This document shows positions 10,207 to 19,480 of a stretch of 26,551 nt of DNA, piece by piece; the stretch's first letter is position 1, and each line of letters opens with the position of its first letter. Origin of the DNA: Chlamydiota bacterium (GTDB lineage: Bacteria; Chlamydiota; Chlamydiia; Chlamydiales; RGXB01). Made by a program: the position numbers and the translations under genes. The notes under the pieces are model-generated. The model was not told where the DNA came from. It was given only the letters and a program-made list of their open reading frames with translations, and ran no database searches. Where the stretch lies: assembly GCA_947494155.1 (NCBI GenBank), contig CANLTW010000017.1, positions 1-26,551 of the forward strand. The letters are read 5' to 3'.

Positions 10207-11361
10207 ATGCATTTTTTTCGGTTTATAACCCCTTTTTTTCTCATAATCCTGTTAACGATTCCCCGCGTATTACTTCAGTCTTTTATAGTAGTAACCCTGC
10301 CTGTAATAATTAATAGCCTTGGTCTTACAAGCCTTCAAGCGAAATTAGTCACTCCAACTACTTTAATTGGGACCATGCTTTTTTTGATTCCGGCTGGTAT
10401 GATCGGTGACCGCTATGGGCCCAAAATAACTATAATCTATACAAGTATTGCCTTTTTTTTTATTTCAATTTTCGCCGCTTATTGCCATTCACCAGTGCTA
10501 TTTCTCATCCTCGTGTTTTTGTTAGGTGTTACAACCGCCTTCGGCATTACCCAAGGTAGCAGCTATGTAGCGGACATATACCCTTTTGAAATGCGCGGTC
10601 GAATTATTGGAACGTACTCCGGGTTAATCTCTTTGACGTTTTATTTAGGACCTGTTGTCGGTGGAGTGGTTGCAGAGTGGGGCATCAAAGGGATTTTTCT
10701 CTCGAATTTACCCTTACTTTTGATCGGTCTTATTTTTGCTAAAATTCTTCCCAAATTACATAAAGAGGAGAAGGCAATTGTAAAAAAAGAATACAAAAAC
10801 TACTTTAACAAATCTTTTTTGTCCCATTGCATGATAGGATTATTCTGGCAGGGTATTATTGCGCTGATAAGTTTTTTTCCTGCTGAATTTCAGGTGTACC
10901 TAAATTTAAGCCCGGTTGAATCGGGTATTTTGTACTCTATGCTCTCCATCCCCTTCCCCTTATTTAGCCCTATTGCTGGTTGGCTTTTTGATAAGATGGG
11001 GTTTAAGATCCCCTACGTGATAGGGTATGTGGCTCTTTTCTTTGCTTGGTTTTTAAGCTTTAATAATTTAAATCTCTATGCATTATGTGTTATGGCCTTT
11101 GCTTTAGCCTATGTATTACCTGTCTCAGCATCCGCCAGTTGGGGGCTTTTCAACCAGGATCATCGCTCAACAGCCAATAGTATTTATTTTCTTTTGCGAT
11201 TCGTAGGCTCTTTAATTGGAAACATCGTTGCGGGATATATTCTGTTCTTAGACGATACCTCAAAAGATTTTTTCTATTTTAATTATTCTATAGCCATTTT
11301 TTTAGGGATTTTGAGCCTTCCGGCATTCTTTTATGTCTATAGAGCTTCCTCGACTAAATAA
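10207..11361 (+). CDS. MFS transporter (drug/metabolite efflux-like)
   Basis: Very hydrophobic. Motif A variants GMIGDRYGPK and GWLFDKMGFK, plus GPVVGG (motif C-like). ATG at 10207 preferred. Confidence 0.88.
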   Translation: MHFFRFITPFFLIILLTIPRVLLQSFIVVTLPVIINSLGLTSLQAKLVTPTTLIGTMLFLIPAGMIGDRYGPKITIIYTSIAFFFISIFAAYCHSPVLFLILVFLLGVTTAFGITQGSSYVADIYPFEMRGRIIGTYSGLISLTFYLGPVVGGVVAEWGIKGIFLSNLPLLLIGLIFAKILPKLHKEEKAIVKKEYKNYFNKSFLSHCMIGLFWQGIIALISFFPAEFQVYLNLSPVESGILYSMLSIPFPLFSPIAGWLFDKMGFKIPYVIGYVALFFAWFLSFNNLNLYALCVMAFALAYVLPVSASASWGLFNQDHRSTANSIYFLLRFVGSLIGNIVAGYILFLDDTSKDFFYFNYSIAIFLGILSLPAFFYVYRASSTK

Positions 11362-11498
11362 CCCCAAGTCCAAGCCGATCTATCTCTATTACGCTCTTTA
11401 ACTTATAAAATTATTTATAAAACTTATTGATGGCTACCCTTTTTTCTGTTATGAAAAGGGATTAGTGAACCCTGTCAAAGAAGGGCAAAAGGCAATTT

Positions 11499-13580
11499 AT
11501 GGACGAACAAAAATCCCAAGATACTGAGGCTTTGTTGGATGCAGTGGATATCCTTGCGGATGTGGTGGATATTGATCTGTCCTCCGATGAATCGGTTCAA
11601 AAAGGGGAGAAAACAGCCGATGCTCTAAAGGAAAAGTTTACCGTCATCCACAATTACCTAAAAGATGTCAACAAAGCCAAAAGCGTCGATCAGAAACTAG
11701 CCCGTGGAGTCCAATCGATTATCCAGCTTGCCTCGGAGGCAGCTACAAAAATTGACCGTATTTTACAGCAACAGGGTGTGAAAGGGGAACGTTTCAGCTC
11801 TTCTAAAGAGTTTACCGATCTCATAGGATTTTACAAAGAGACACTTAAAAAGCGGTTTGAAGAATCGCTTGAGAAGGAAGAGAGCTGGTATAAAGAGTGG
11901 GTTGAGGAGGATTTTGATCCGGTAGATATCCAAAGAAAGGGGTTGAGGGATTTAGAAATTGTCACCAAAGACAAGCACTACGAATTATTCTTTTTAACTA
12001 AAGAGGACGGGACGAGATTTTATAATAAAAGTCTTCTGAGGCATCTACGCCTTGTGGCCGATTTTGAGGCGCTGCTGTTAGATCAAAAAGAGGAGGATCC
12101 TATAGTGCGTATGGAGCGGATTAAAGATTCCTCCATCGCAAAAGCTGCCCGATCTATAAAAAAATCTACCCGCACCCTTTTCCAAAAATGGCTTCAACTT
12201 GCCTCTAAAAGGGACCAAGAGCGTATCGTGCGCCTTTTTTATCAGGCGTATATTGCTCTGACTTTTGCTGCAGAGCCGATCCACCTCATAGAGCAAGGGG
12301 GAAAAAAGAGCTGTCTTTCCTATTTCAGCGACTTTCAAAACTATATCCGGGAGCTTCTATTCGATATGGGGTACGGTAAATTAGTCGATAATCCCCCCGA
12401 TCCATCGGACCGTTTTTCCCTCTATTTTCTGGAGCTTGTTCACGCTTTGTGTTTTGCTATTTTTTCCCAAAAATTTGATCATGAGAGGGCTATCTCCTAC
12501 ATCTACCAATTAATTGGCAAAGAGTTGAAGAAAAATAGAAATACCGTTGATCCCTCTCACTTGGAGACCTACCATGAGATTATGGAAATCCACGAAATCT
12601 TGGGGAAAGAGTTAAATAAACACCCCAGCGGCCCCCTTTTCAAAGTGATAGAGATCTTCCAGCAACTGGATGAGCATACCGTTTTTGATCCTTATAGTCT
12701 GCGCAACATCGGTCACCGTTTCTTTGATCTTAATTATCTCGATAAAAAGGCCTCCATCTATCTACAACCTTGCCCTACGATGCAAGAGAGGATCGATCAG
12801 GCTCAACCCATTCCGGAGTACGAGGCCTTTTTAAGATCCACCCTTAATGATAAAGAGAATGTTCTTTGGATCAATCTGCAAGACAGGACCTCTCTAGAGG
12901 AATTCGCCCGCTGCAGAGAGCTGGAAAAAATTTCCCTTTGCGCCGAATTTCAACCCATACTTTCGCTTCTCACCCTACCTGTGTCGACCCCTTTTTATTT
13001 GCAATCTGAGGATTATCTAAAGCTTTCCGAAAAAAAGCAGTTCAAAAAAGTCTTTCTTGATCAGCTCTTATCCGGAATTCAGTGTGGATTTTATTACCCC
13101 GCTGATCTGGATGTGACAAAAGAGCTTTTCTCAAGCTTGATTGATGCGGTGGAAATCTGCAATTTTAAAGATAAAAAAGAACTCACAAGAAAAAATCGTC
13201 TCGATTGGATTGAGACGGTCTATTTATTATTGATTCTCAAGGCGGTAGAGAAAACAAAACCCCGACATATCGTTTTCATCTCTAAAGATGGCGTGGATGT
13301 TGGGGCTGTAACCATGGCAGCCTTTTACGCTCTGATTAAAATGCTAGATAGCAAGTCTAAATGGAAAGAGGGGGAAAAGGAGCTGTTTATTTCGATGCAT
13401 TTTTTACCCGCTCTGATGGAGCGCGAGCGCATAGTGGATCTTCATCGTTTAAATAGAACCATCTCCTCCATTTCTGTTTTGGCGGCTAATATAGAGGTGA
13501 AGGGGGGAAAGTTTGAGGGTATTGAGACCATCTTCCCTTCGAGCTTCCTTAAGGGACTTAGACTTTTGACTGACGAATAG
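11499..13580 (+). CDS. Large hypothetical protein with a degenerate CX5R-phosphatase-like C-terminal motif
   Basis: 693-aa ORF with ATG start and AAGG upstream. Helical acidic N-terminus; C-terminal HIVFISKDGVDVG and WINLQDR segments. Confidence 0.75.
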   Translation: MDEQKSQDTEALLDAVDILADVVDIDLSSDESVQKGEKTADALKEKFTVIHNYLKDVNKAKSVDQKLARGVQSIIQLASEAATKIDRILQQQGVKGERFSSSKEFTDLIGFYKETLKKRFEESLEKEESWYKEWVEEDFDPVDIQRKGLRDLEIVTKDKHYELFFLTKEDGTRFYNKSLLRHLRLVADFEALLLDQKEEDPIVRMERIKDSSIAKAARSIKKSTRTLFQKWLQLASKRDQERIVRLFYQAYIALTFAAEPIHLIEQGGKKSCLSYFSDFQNYIRELLFDMGYGKLVDNPPDPSDRFSLYFLELVHALCFAIFSQKFDHERAISYIYQLIGKELKKNRNTVDPSHLETYHEIMEIHEILGKELNKHPSGPLFKVIEIFQQLDEHTVFDPYSLRNIGHRFFDLNYLDKKASIYLQPCPTMQERIDQAQPIPEYEAFLRSTLNDKENVLWINLQDRTSLEEFARCRELEKISLCAEFQPILSLLTLPVSTPFYLQSEDYLKLSEKKQFKKVFLDQLLSGIQCGFYYPADLDVTKELFSSLIDAVEICNFKDKKELTRKNRLDWIETVYLLLILKAVEKTKPRHIVFISKDGVDVGAVTMAAFYALIKMLDSKSKWKEGEKELFISMHFLPALMERERIVDLHRLNRTISSISVLAANIEVKGGKFEGIETIFPSSFLKGLRLLTDE

Positions 13581-13746
13581 TCGAAAAAAATCGGTTAGCT
13601 CCTCAAGAACTTTGGGGGATTTTCCTCGCTTTTGCTCAGTCGAAATGATCGAGCTATTCTCCTCAAGATGCTGCTCTTTTTCTTCAAAATCGGAAAGAGA
13701 GATCACATATTGAGGAGTGTTAGTTAATCCCTTTATAGGCAAAGAA

Positions 13747-14607
13747 TTATCGGAAATTTGCTCTATTGAGGGCTTTTCGTTGTCTTCTGGTGAGATTAGA
13801 TGAGACTGGACTTGAGTCAAGCTCCTCTTTTTTTTTTATCCCTTCTGCATCTACAGAGGAGTCTAAAGCTTCGAGTGCATCCTGAGGGCTAAATGTTGCC
13901 ATTGCAACGGTTGCTGCCTCTTGAACTTTGATCTCATCAAACTCTTTGGCCAGCGCACACCCTCCAGCCATAGCCCTTTCTACCTTGATAGTGGGATTCA
14001 CGAACCAGTGTGAAACGGTTTTCAAACCCCAGGAGGCATATCCAACGCTCCCTTTGGATTTAACAACAGTCAGATGGTAATCTAAAGGTCGGGACAGATC
14101 CCCAATTCTTTTGTCAAAGTGGGTGCATGTAGCCTCTACCGATTTCTGTATTTTTACCAGCTCTTGCAAGTACTTTTTGCAAGTCTCTTGCAATTTTTCT
14201 ACCTGGCGCTGAATCTCCGGGCTTAAGTGCTTAAGCGTCTCCACATCCACAGGCTGGATAGGGGGGCGATCTAAAAAATGGATCCCCTTATTCACACTGT
14301 CTAAAAGAACATGTGAATGTGTTTGTGTTTCTTGGAATTTTTGGAAGAAGCGTTGAAATAGAGTCGATTGCTGTTCAAATTTTTTTATCTCATCTTCATT
14401 CAGTCTTTTGGCATTTGCCTCTAGCTGTTTTGTGGCGCTGCGGATGTCATCGATTGTAGAACCGATTTCTCCTACAGTCTCATCAAAATCGGGTTTTACC
14501 GATTCGTGCCAGTTGGAAAGGTTTTGATACACTTCATTAAAACTGATAGCAGGATCTTGGTAGTTCGGCAAAGCGAACGTTTTTCCATAATAGGTTACTA
14601 AGCTCAT
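13747..14607 (-). CDS. Hypothetical helical/coiled-coil protein (candidate secreted effector)
   Basis: 286 aa, strong RBS (GAGGAG upstream of the ATG), monocistronic, Q/E/K-rich heptads and a basic C-terminus. Confidence 0.8.
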   Translation of the reverse strand: MSLVTYYGKTFALPNYQDPAISFNEVYQNLSNWHESVKPDFDETVGEIGSTIDDIRSATKQLEANAKRLNEDEIKKFEQQSTLFQRFFQKFQETQTHSHVLLDSVNKGIHFLDRPPIQPVDVETLKHLSPEIQRQVEKLQETCKKYLQELVKIQKSVEATCTHFDKRIGDLSRPLDYHLTVVKSKGSVGYASWGLKTVSHWFVNPTIKVERAMAGGCALAKEFDEIKVQEAATVAMATFSPQDALEALDSSVDAEGIKKKEELDSSPVSSNLTRRQRKALNRANFR

Positions 14608-14789
14608 ATACTCCTCGTTTTGTTAACGATTGATTAAGACAATGTTTAACAAAAATGTAGAATTATGAAAAGCGAAAAAGGGTTTTCAGTGTGTTTTGGA
14701 GCCTTTTTTTACGAGACAAAATCGGGGATTTTTTTTTATTTTTTACACAAAAAAAATTTTTGAAAAATGCGTTTCTTGCGAAAAAAAAT

Positions 14790-15311
14790 TTAGTTTGCGT
14801 GAAGTTCTTTTGGAAAATGGGATACAAAGGTAAATCTTCCGCCTAGATCTTTGACGGCTCGTTGCCAAAGGTGTTCTGGTGGGGTGTGGAACAGATATTT
14901 TTTATCCATAGACCCTAAATACCATTCCCCCTGCAAAAATTCATCAATAAGTTTTCCCGGTCCCCATAGCGTGTAACCGACAACAAGGGCGATCTCTTTA
15001 TGAATATCGGGCTCGCCACCTAGAAAAAGCTCATCGCCAAGAGCGAATCCATTTGCTGTGGAGTCTGTATGTAAAAGGAAAATCTCTTTTTTTTGTGTTG
15101 TCCCACCACTGCGTCGTACGGTGATCGGATCGAGTTCCTCCACGCCTATAGGGAGCTCATCGATAAATGGTACATCGAGCCTAAGGCCTATAGAGGCATT
15201 TTCTGAGTGCTCGCACACAAGGTACACAGAGCGGTCAAACGGGGTTTTCGAAACTTCGGGGCTTTTCAAAAGAATAGTCCCTTTTTTGATTTCTTTAGTC
15301 CCTTTTTTCAT
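14790..15311 (-). CDS. YqgE/AlgH (DUF179) family protein
   Basis: Motifs FDRSVYLVCEHSENASIGL, GG..Q, LFLGG, GYTLWGPGKL..E and LW..AVKDLG. ATGA overlap with the mlaD stop. Confidence 0.85.
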   Translation of the reverse strand: MKKGTKEIKKGTILLKSPEVSKTPFDRSVYLVCEHSENASIGLRLDVPFIDELPIGVEELDPITVRRSGGTTQKKEIFLLHTDSTANGFALGDELFLGGEPDIHKEIALVVGYTLWGPGKLIDEFLQGEWYLGSMDKKYLFHTPPEHLWQRAVKDLGGRFTFVSHFPKELHAN

Positions 15312-16801
15312 CGCCCTTTCCTTTGTCTTAAGAAATTTTCCAACTCTTCCAGCATGCTGCGATCCTCTTCATGAATCTGCGGTTCCAATTTTAAGCGGAC
15401 GTTTTTTTTCTTTATTGCCGAGGTCGGATTCTTTTTTTCATCGGGGTTGCATGAAGGCACCATCGGAGCATTTTCTGTCGGACTGGAGCTCTCGTCCATT
15501 TTTTTGGGCTCGCTAGATGGAGCTTGATCGCAAGACGGGGCTGCTGGGCAGGAGGGATTGCAGTTTTTAACCGGCTCAACTTTAGGTGGGGGGACGCATG
15601 GTGTGGACATTTCTTTGCAGCTTGGATAGGCGAGCTCCTCTTGTACGCGGTTCAGACTATCTTGAAGCTCTTTCAGCATATCTTGGAGCTCTTTAAATTC
15701 TTTCTGGAAATTTTGGCTGCGGAAATAGGGGGAATCGCAAGAATTAGAAAGCTGGCCTATCCGGGAAACGGCACGATTCATTTCATCAAGATCTTTAGAG
15801 TAATAATTTCTGAAATCTTGCGGAGAGCGGATGGCATTCATCTCGGTAATTTTTTTGATCCGTGTTTTCTTCCAGTCATTATTGTAGGAGAAAAGAAGGC
15901 CGTACTGGTTGATGTCATTTAAGGTAATATTCGCTTTTGTGAGGAGTGTATTCACCTTGAAGTAGACCTCGTCATGCATTAAAAGGGGCCCTATAGACCC
16001 TTTTCCACTTGCTAATGTGCAGGAGATCGTGTTGATGGAATCGGTAATGGATTTGATGTTGTGGACAATAAGGGGTAGATCCTGGAACCCATTCCCATCT
16101 TTGATTTCTTGCAACGCCTCGTCAATAAGCTCCATCCCTTTTGCAAAATTAGCAAGTGAGGCTTTCACCTCTTGCATCACATCCATGTCGTTAAAATCTT
16201 TGACAGCTATGCTGATCTCTTTAAGGGCTTGACCTACGTAGTGGACTGCATCGGAAAGGTTGTCGGAATTTTCATCAAGCCATTCGTTGACTTTTTGGAA
16301 AGTTTTGTCCATTTCACTTGCTAGATTGGTGAGCTGCTTAAAGGCATCATCGATTGCATCACCCGATTTGGCATACATCGGGCACTCGTTGGTGACTCTG
16401 CGCGGCTTTACATTACTGGGGAGATAGACCGGAGTAATGGAGATGACGATATCGCCCAAAAGTCCGATCGTTTTGGTCCCAATTTTATCTGTTGTGTAGA
16501 TGATTACCCTGGAATCGACTTGTAAAATCACCTCGTAGAAATAGACCGCTTCCCCATCTTTTGTGGGTGCTTTTTGTCGAGCATCGGGGATTTGGCGTAT
16601 ATCATGAACTTCTCCAATCGTTTGGCCCGCGAGATTCACCCTTGTTCCTGTAGTGATCCCTGAAATATTCGTGAAGTAGACTCTGATCTGCTGTTTTCCG
16701 TCACCCGCCGATGGCTCAATAAAGAGAATCATCCCCACAATCAGCCCGATGGCAATTGCGACAAAAGCTCCGATAAGGGTGTTTTTTAGTTGAGGATTCA
16801 T
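15308..16801 (-). CDS. mlaD: MCE/MlaD family lipid-transport protein with a long helical region and a Cys/Pro-rich tail
   Basis: N-terminal TM helix (IGAFVAIAIGLIVGMILF). MCE motifs FTNISGITTGTRVNLAGQTIGEV and TIGLLGD..ISITP. Follows mlaE and mlaF. Confidence 0.9.
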   Translation of the reverse strand: MNPQLKNTLIGAFVAIAIGLIVGMILFIEPSAGDGKQQIRVYFTNISGITTGTRVNLAGQTIGEVHDIRQIPDARQKAPTKDGEAVYFYEVILQVDSRVIIYTTDKIGTKTIGLLGDIVISITPVYLPSNVKPRRVTNECPMYAKSGDAIDDAFKQLTNLASEMDKTFQKVNEWLDENSDNLSDAVHYVGQALKEISIAVKDFNDMDVMQEVKASLANFAKGMELIDEALQEIKDGNGFQDLPLIVHNIKSITDSINTISCTLASGKGSIGPLLMHDEVYFKVNTLLTKANITLNDINQYGLLFSYNNDWKKTRIKKITEMNAIRSPQDFRNYYSKDLDEMNRAVSRIGQLSNSCDSPYFRSQNFQKEFKELQDMLKELQDSLNRVQEELAYPSCKEMSTPCVPPPKVEPVKNCNPSCPAAPSCDQAPSSEPKKMDESSSPTENAPMVPSCNPDEKKNPTSAIKKKNVRLKLEPQIHEEDRSMLEELENFLRQRKGR

Positions 16802-17556
16802 CCTTTGATCCTTTTATCTAGACATTGCTGGGGCAGTATAGTTTTAAAGAAGTCGATCACATCATTCCCTTGGTGCGAGAAGAAGCCTTTAGGATTTTCG
16901 ACGATATGAATTTCCCCTTGATCGATAAGGGCAATTTTTGTAGCAACTGCTATAGCTAACACGATATCGTGGGTGACGACAATCGAGGTGGCATTGAGCT
17001 CTTTGTTTACTTTTATGATAAGATCTATAATAACCTGTGCGGTCAAAGGGTCCAGACCGGTTGTCGGCTCATCATAAAGAATCATGTTGGGGCGGTAAGC
17101 AATCAGGCGTGCTAATGCAGCTCTTTTTTTCATCCCTCCTGAAAGCTCAGAGGGCATCTTTTCCATAACGTCTTTCAAATCCACAGAGGTTAGAGCTTTT
17201 TGGGCGATCTCTTTCAGGTTTTCATAAGGGGTGTGTTTATGGTAATGTTCGTGAAATATCACATTTTCAAATACGCTCATAGAATCAAAAAGAGCGCCAC
17301 CCTGAAAAAGCATCCCCAGGTCCTTATTCGCAGCGTAGAGTGCATCGCCTGTAAGTTGGGTCGTCTCCACCCCTCTGATCCAGATTTCTCCCTCTTCGGG
17401 TTTACTGAGTCCGATGATTTGCTTTAGTAATACGCTTTTTCCAACACCAGATTTTCCCATGACAACCATGGTTTCCCCCTCTTCGATCTTCAAAGAGACA
17501 TTTTTAAGAACCTGAAGAGATCCAAAGGCTTTAGAGACATTTTTGACCTCGATCAT
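16798..17556 (-). CDS. mlaF: ABC transporter ATP-binding protein MlaF/Mkl
   Basis: Walker A GKSGVGKS, LFQGGALFDSM, signature LSGGMKKR, Walker B ILYDEPTTGLDP, H-loop VTHD. Confidence 0.95.
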   Translation of the reverse strand: MIEVKNVSKAFGSLQVLKNVSLKIEEGETMVVMGKSGVGKSVLLKQIIGLSKPEEGEIWIRGVETTQLTGDALYAANKDLGMLFQGGALFDSMSVFENVIFHEHYHKHTPYENLKEIAQKALTSVDLKDVMEKMPSELSGGMKKRAALARLIAYRPNMILYDEPTTGLDPLTAQVIIDLIIKVNKELNATSIVVTHDIVLAIAVATKIALIDQGEIHIVENPKGFFSHQGNDVIDFFKTILPQQCLDKRIKG

Positions 17557-18341
17557 AGTAAAAACCTCACGATCTGGTCATGGATTAGGTTGAGCCCCAT
17601 GGTGATAAAAAAGTTTGAAAAGAGGATCGCCGTATAACAAATAACCACCGAATTCGTGGTGGATCGCCCCACCCCTTCGGCCCCTCCACTGGTATTCATC
17701 CCTTTAAAACAGCAGATAGTGATGATCAAAACTCCAAAGAAAAACGATTTTACCAACCCGATAAAAAAATCGAAGTTGTGCATGTAGTCCTTGATTGGAT
17801 CGTAATAGCTGTTGGGTGCCATTTTAAAAAAGTTTACTGCGATCAGGTAGCCGCCAATTATCCCCATCATAACGCTAAAGATCGTCAAAAGGGGGGTCAT
17901 CACTGTACCCGCAATAAATCTTGGAGATATTAAGTAAGCATTCGGATCTACAGACATGGTCTCCAAAGCATCGATTTGCTCGGTGACGCGCATCGTCCCG
18001 AGTTCGGCGCACATGGCGGCTCCCACGCGGCCAGTGATCATAAAAGCAGTGAGGACGGGACCTAATTCAGTCACCATAGATTTGGCTACCAAGATACCGG
18101 TAGCACCGGCCAGACCTTTATCGTTCAGCTGGAAAAACGATTGCGTTGCCAAAACGAGACCTGTAGAAAATCCGGTCATGGAGACCACAGGCAGGGAAAG
18201 AACACCGATTTGGTAGAGCTGATCACGAATAAGGCGCCATTTGGGAGGGGTACGAAAAGAGGCGGTTATTACCGAGCTAATAAGGGAGGAGTACTCACCT
18301 AGAGCATTCAAAAACCAGAATGTTTCGGCTAAATTCCACAT
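17553..18341 (-). CDS. mlaE: MlaE family ABC transporter permease
   Basis: ELGPVLTAFMITGRVGAAMCAELGTMRVTEQIDALETM and GGAEGVGRSTTNSVV are MlaE signature segments. Confidence 0.95.
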   Translation of the reverse strand: MWNLAETFWFLNALGEYSSLISSVITASFRTPPKWRLIRDQLYQIGVLSLPVVSMTGFSTGLVLATQSFFQLNDKGLAGATGILVAKSMVTELGPVLTAFMITGRVGAAMCAELGTMRVTEQIDALETMSVDPNAYLISPRFIAGTVMTPLLTIFSVMMGIIGGYLIAVNFFKMAPNSYYDPIKDYMHNFDFFIGLVKSFFFGVLIITICCFKGMNTSGGAEGVGRSTTNSVVICYTAILFSNFFITMGLNLIHDQIVRFLL

Positions 18342-18579
18342 GTTTTCCCTATGAAGACCGCTTAAAGCGCACCATAGGGAACGGGGGGGATTTTTTCAAC
18401 CAAAAAGCCTAAAAAAAATTTTTGTAGATTAATTTTAACTAAATCTTTAAAAGTAAATGAGAAAAAAATCAAAAAAAAACCTCTAAACAACTCAGGATAA
18501 GATTTTTTTTGAGAAAATAATTAGTGATAAAAACGCATATTTTAGATAAAATATTCGCAAAATTTAAATAGAATTATTT

Positions 18580-19416
18580 ATGAATATACATTTGCCTCAG
18601 ATTCAATTCCCAGCAGAAATACCGGCTTGCTTAACAGCAAAATTTGAGGAGCAGAAGAAAACGGAAATATCCTCAGGAATGCATAGGGCGCAAATTGACC
18701 GTGAGAAAATAAACTTACATAAAATTTTGCGTGCACTAGACTGTATCGAACTATCGAACAGCTCCGCGAACATGCAAGCCTGCCTGGATAACCTGGAAAA
18801 AGCCTACAACACCCTTTCCAATACCTCTGATTCTTTCCCTGTTTACCTTCAAAAATTGGACAAAGGGGATCTTGCTCTGAAAGATGCCAAATTTTCGACG
18901 CGGCTAGAGGTTCTTAAAGCGGAATTGGAGGCAAAAAAAACTCCCGTAAAAAAAATCAATGAGCTTGCAACAAGTGTTTTTCAGCGTTTAAGGGATGCAA
19001 CAGCCCAGTTTATCCCCCCTGAACAAAAGTCCCTGTTGATATTTCAGCCAGCTTCTTTGCAAAAAAAGCGCTTTGAACAGGAAACGTTAAGAGGGGGTTG
19101 TCCTTCCCCATGTAAAGTCGCTAGCCCTTTTTTCATGGAGGGGGCTTTTCTTGAATCAAAAGGGGGATTAGCTCAGGCTGACTCGGCTCTTTTTTTCGAG
19201 GGGAGGGCAACTCCCGACTCGGCACGTCTTTTAGAGGGGAGAGAGACGCCGGATACGGCTCGATTGACTTGTCGAAAAGAGATTCAAGTGCAAACGGAGG
19301 TTTCCTTAGCTGACCCTTTTCCTCTTGTTGGAAAAACCTCTCTTAATAGTAGTGTGGATCAAACCGCCTCAAAAGGGGATCAAAAGGGCCGCGATTCAAG
19401 ATCCTGGGAGCAGTAA
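18580..19416 (+). CDS. Hypothetical protein with an internal 12-aa repeat (candidate secreted effector)
   Basis: 278-aa ORF with a helical N-half and a low-complexity C-half. It converges on the translocator cassette at a shared terminator. Confidence 0.7.
   Translation: MNIHLPQIQFPAEIPACLTAKFEEQKKTEISSGMHRAQIDREKINLHKILRALDCIELSNSSANMQACLDNLEKAYNTLSNTSDSFPVYLQKLDKGDLALKDAKFSTRLEVLKAELEAKKTPVKKINELATSVFQRLRDATAQFIPPEQKSLLIFQPASLQKKRFEQETLRGGCPSPCKVASPFFMEGAFLESKGGLAQADSALFFEGRATPDSARLLEGRETPDTARLTCRKEIQVQTEVSLADPFPLVGKTSLNSSVDQTASKGDQKGRDSRSWEQ
19180..19266 (+). repeat. Imperfect 36-bp in-frame tandem repeat (about 2.5 units)
   Basis: Translates as DSALFFEGRATP / DSARLLEGRETP / DTARL. The DNA units begin GACTCGGC, GACTCGGC and GATACGGC. 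Confidence 0.75.
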
Positions 19417-19451
19417 ATTTGATCCGCCTCAAAAAGTGGTATTCTCCTAAT

Positions 19452-19479
19452 AAAAAACCCGTTTAAAACGGGTTTTTTT
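19452..19479. terminator. Bidirectional intrinsic terminator
   Basis: AAAAAACCCGTT-TAA-AACGGGTTTTTTT: inverted repeat with an A-tract on one side and a T-tract on the other, between convergent genes. Confidence 0.85.
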
Positions 19480-19480
19480 A

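Noticed and set aside
11403..11420. TTATAAA-N4-TTTATAA palindrome upstream of the 693-aa gene
   Set aside because: AT-only 7-bp arms in an AT-rich spacer, expected by chance. No second copy noticed.
14665..14763. 32-aa ORF starting MKSEKG in an intergenic region
   Set aside because: No GG hinge or RBS; Phe-rich from T-tracts; antisense to the promoter region of the 286-aa gene.
18457..18486. MRKKSKKNL micro-ORF in an A-rich intergenic region
   Set aside because: Nine codons, no GG and no RBS. It shows that Lys-rich starts can arise by chance, but without a hinge or core.
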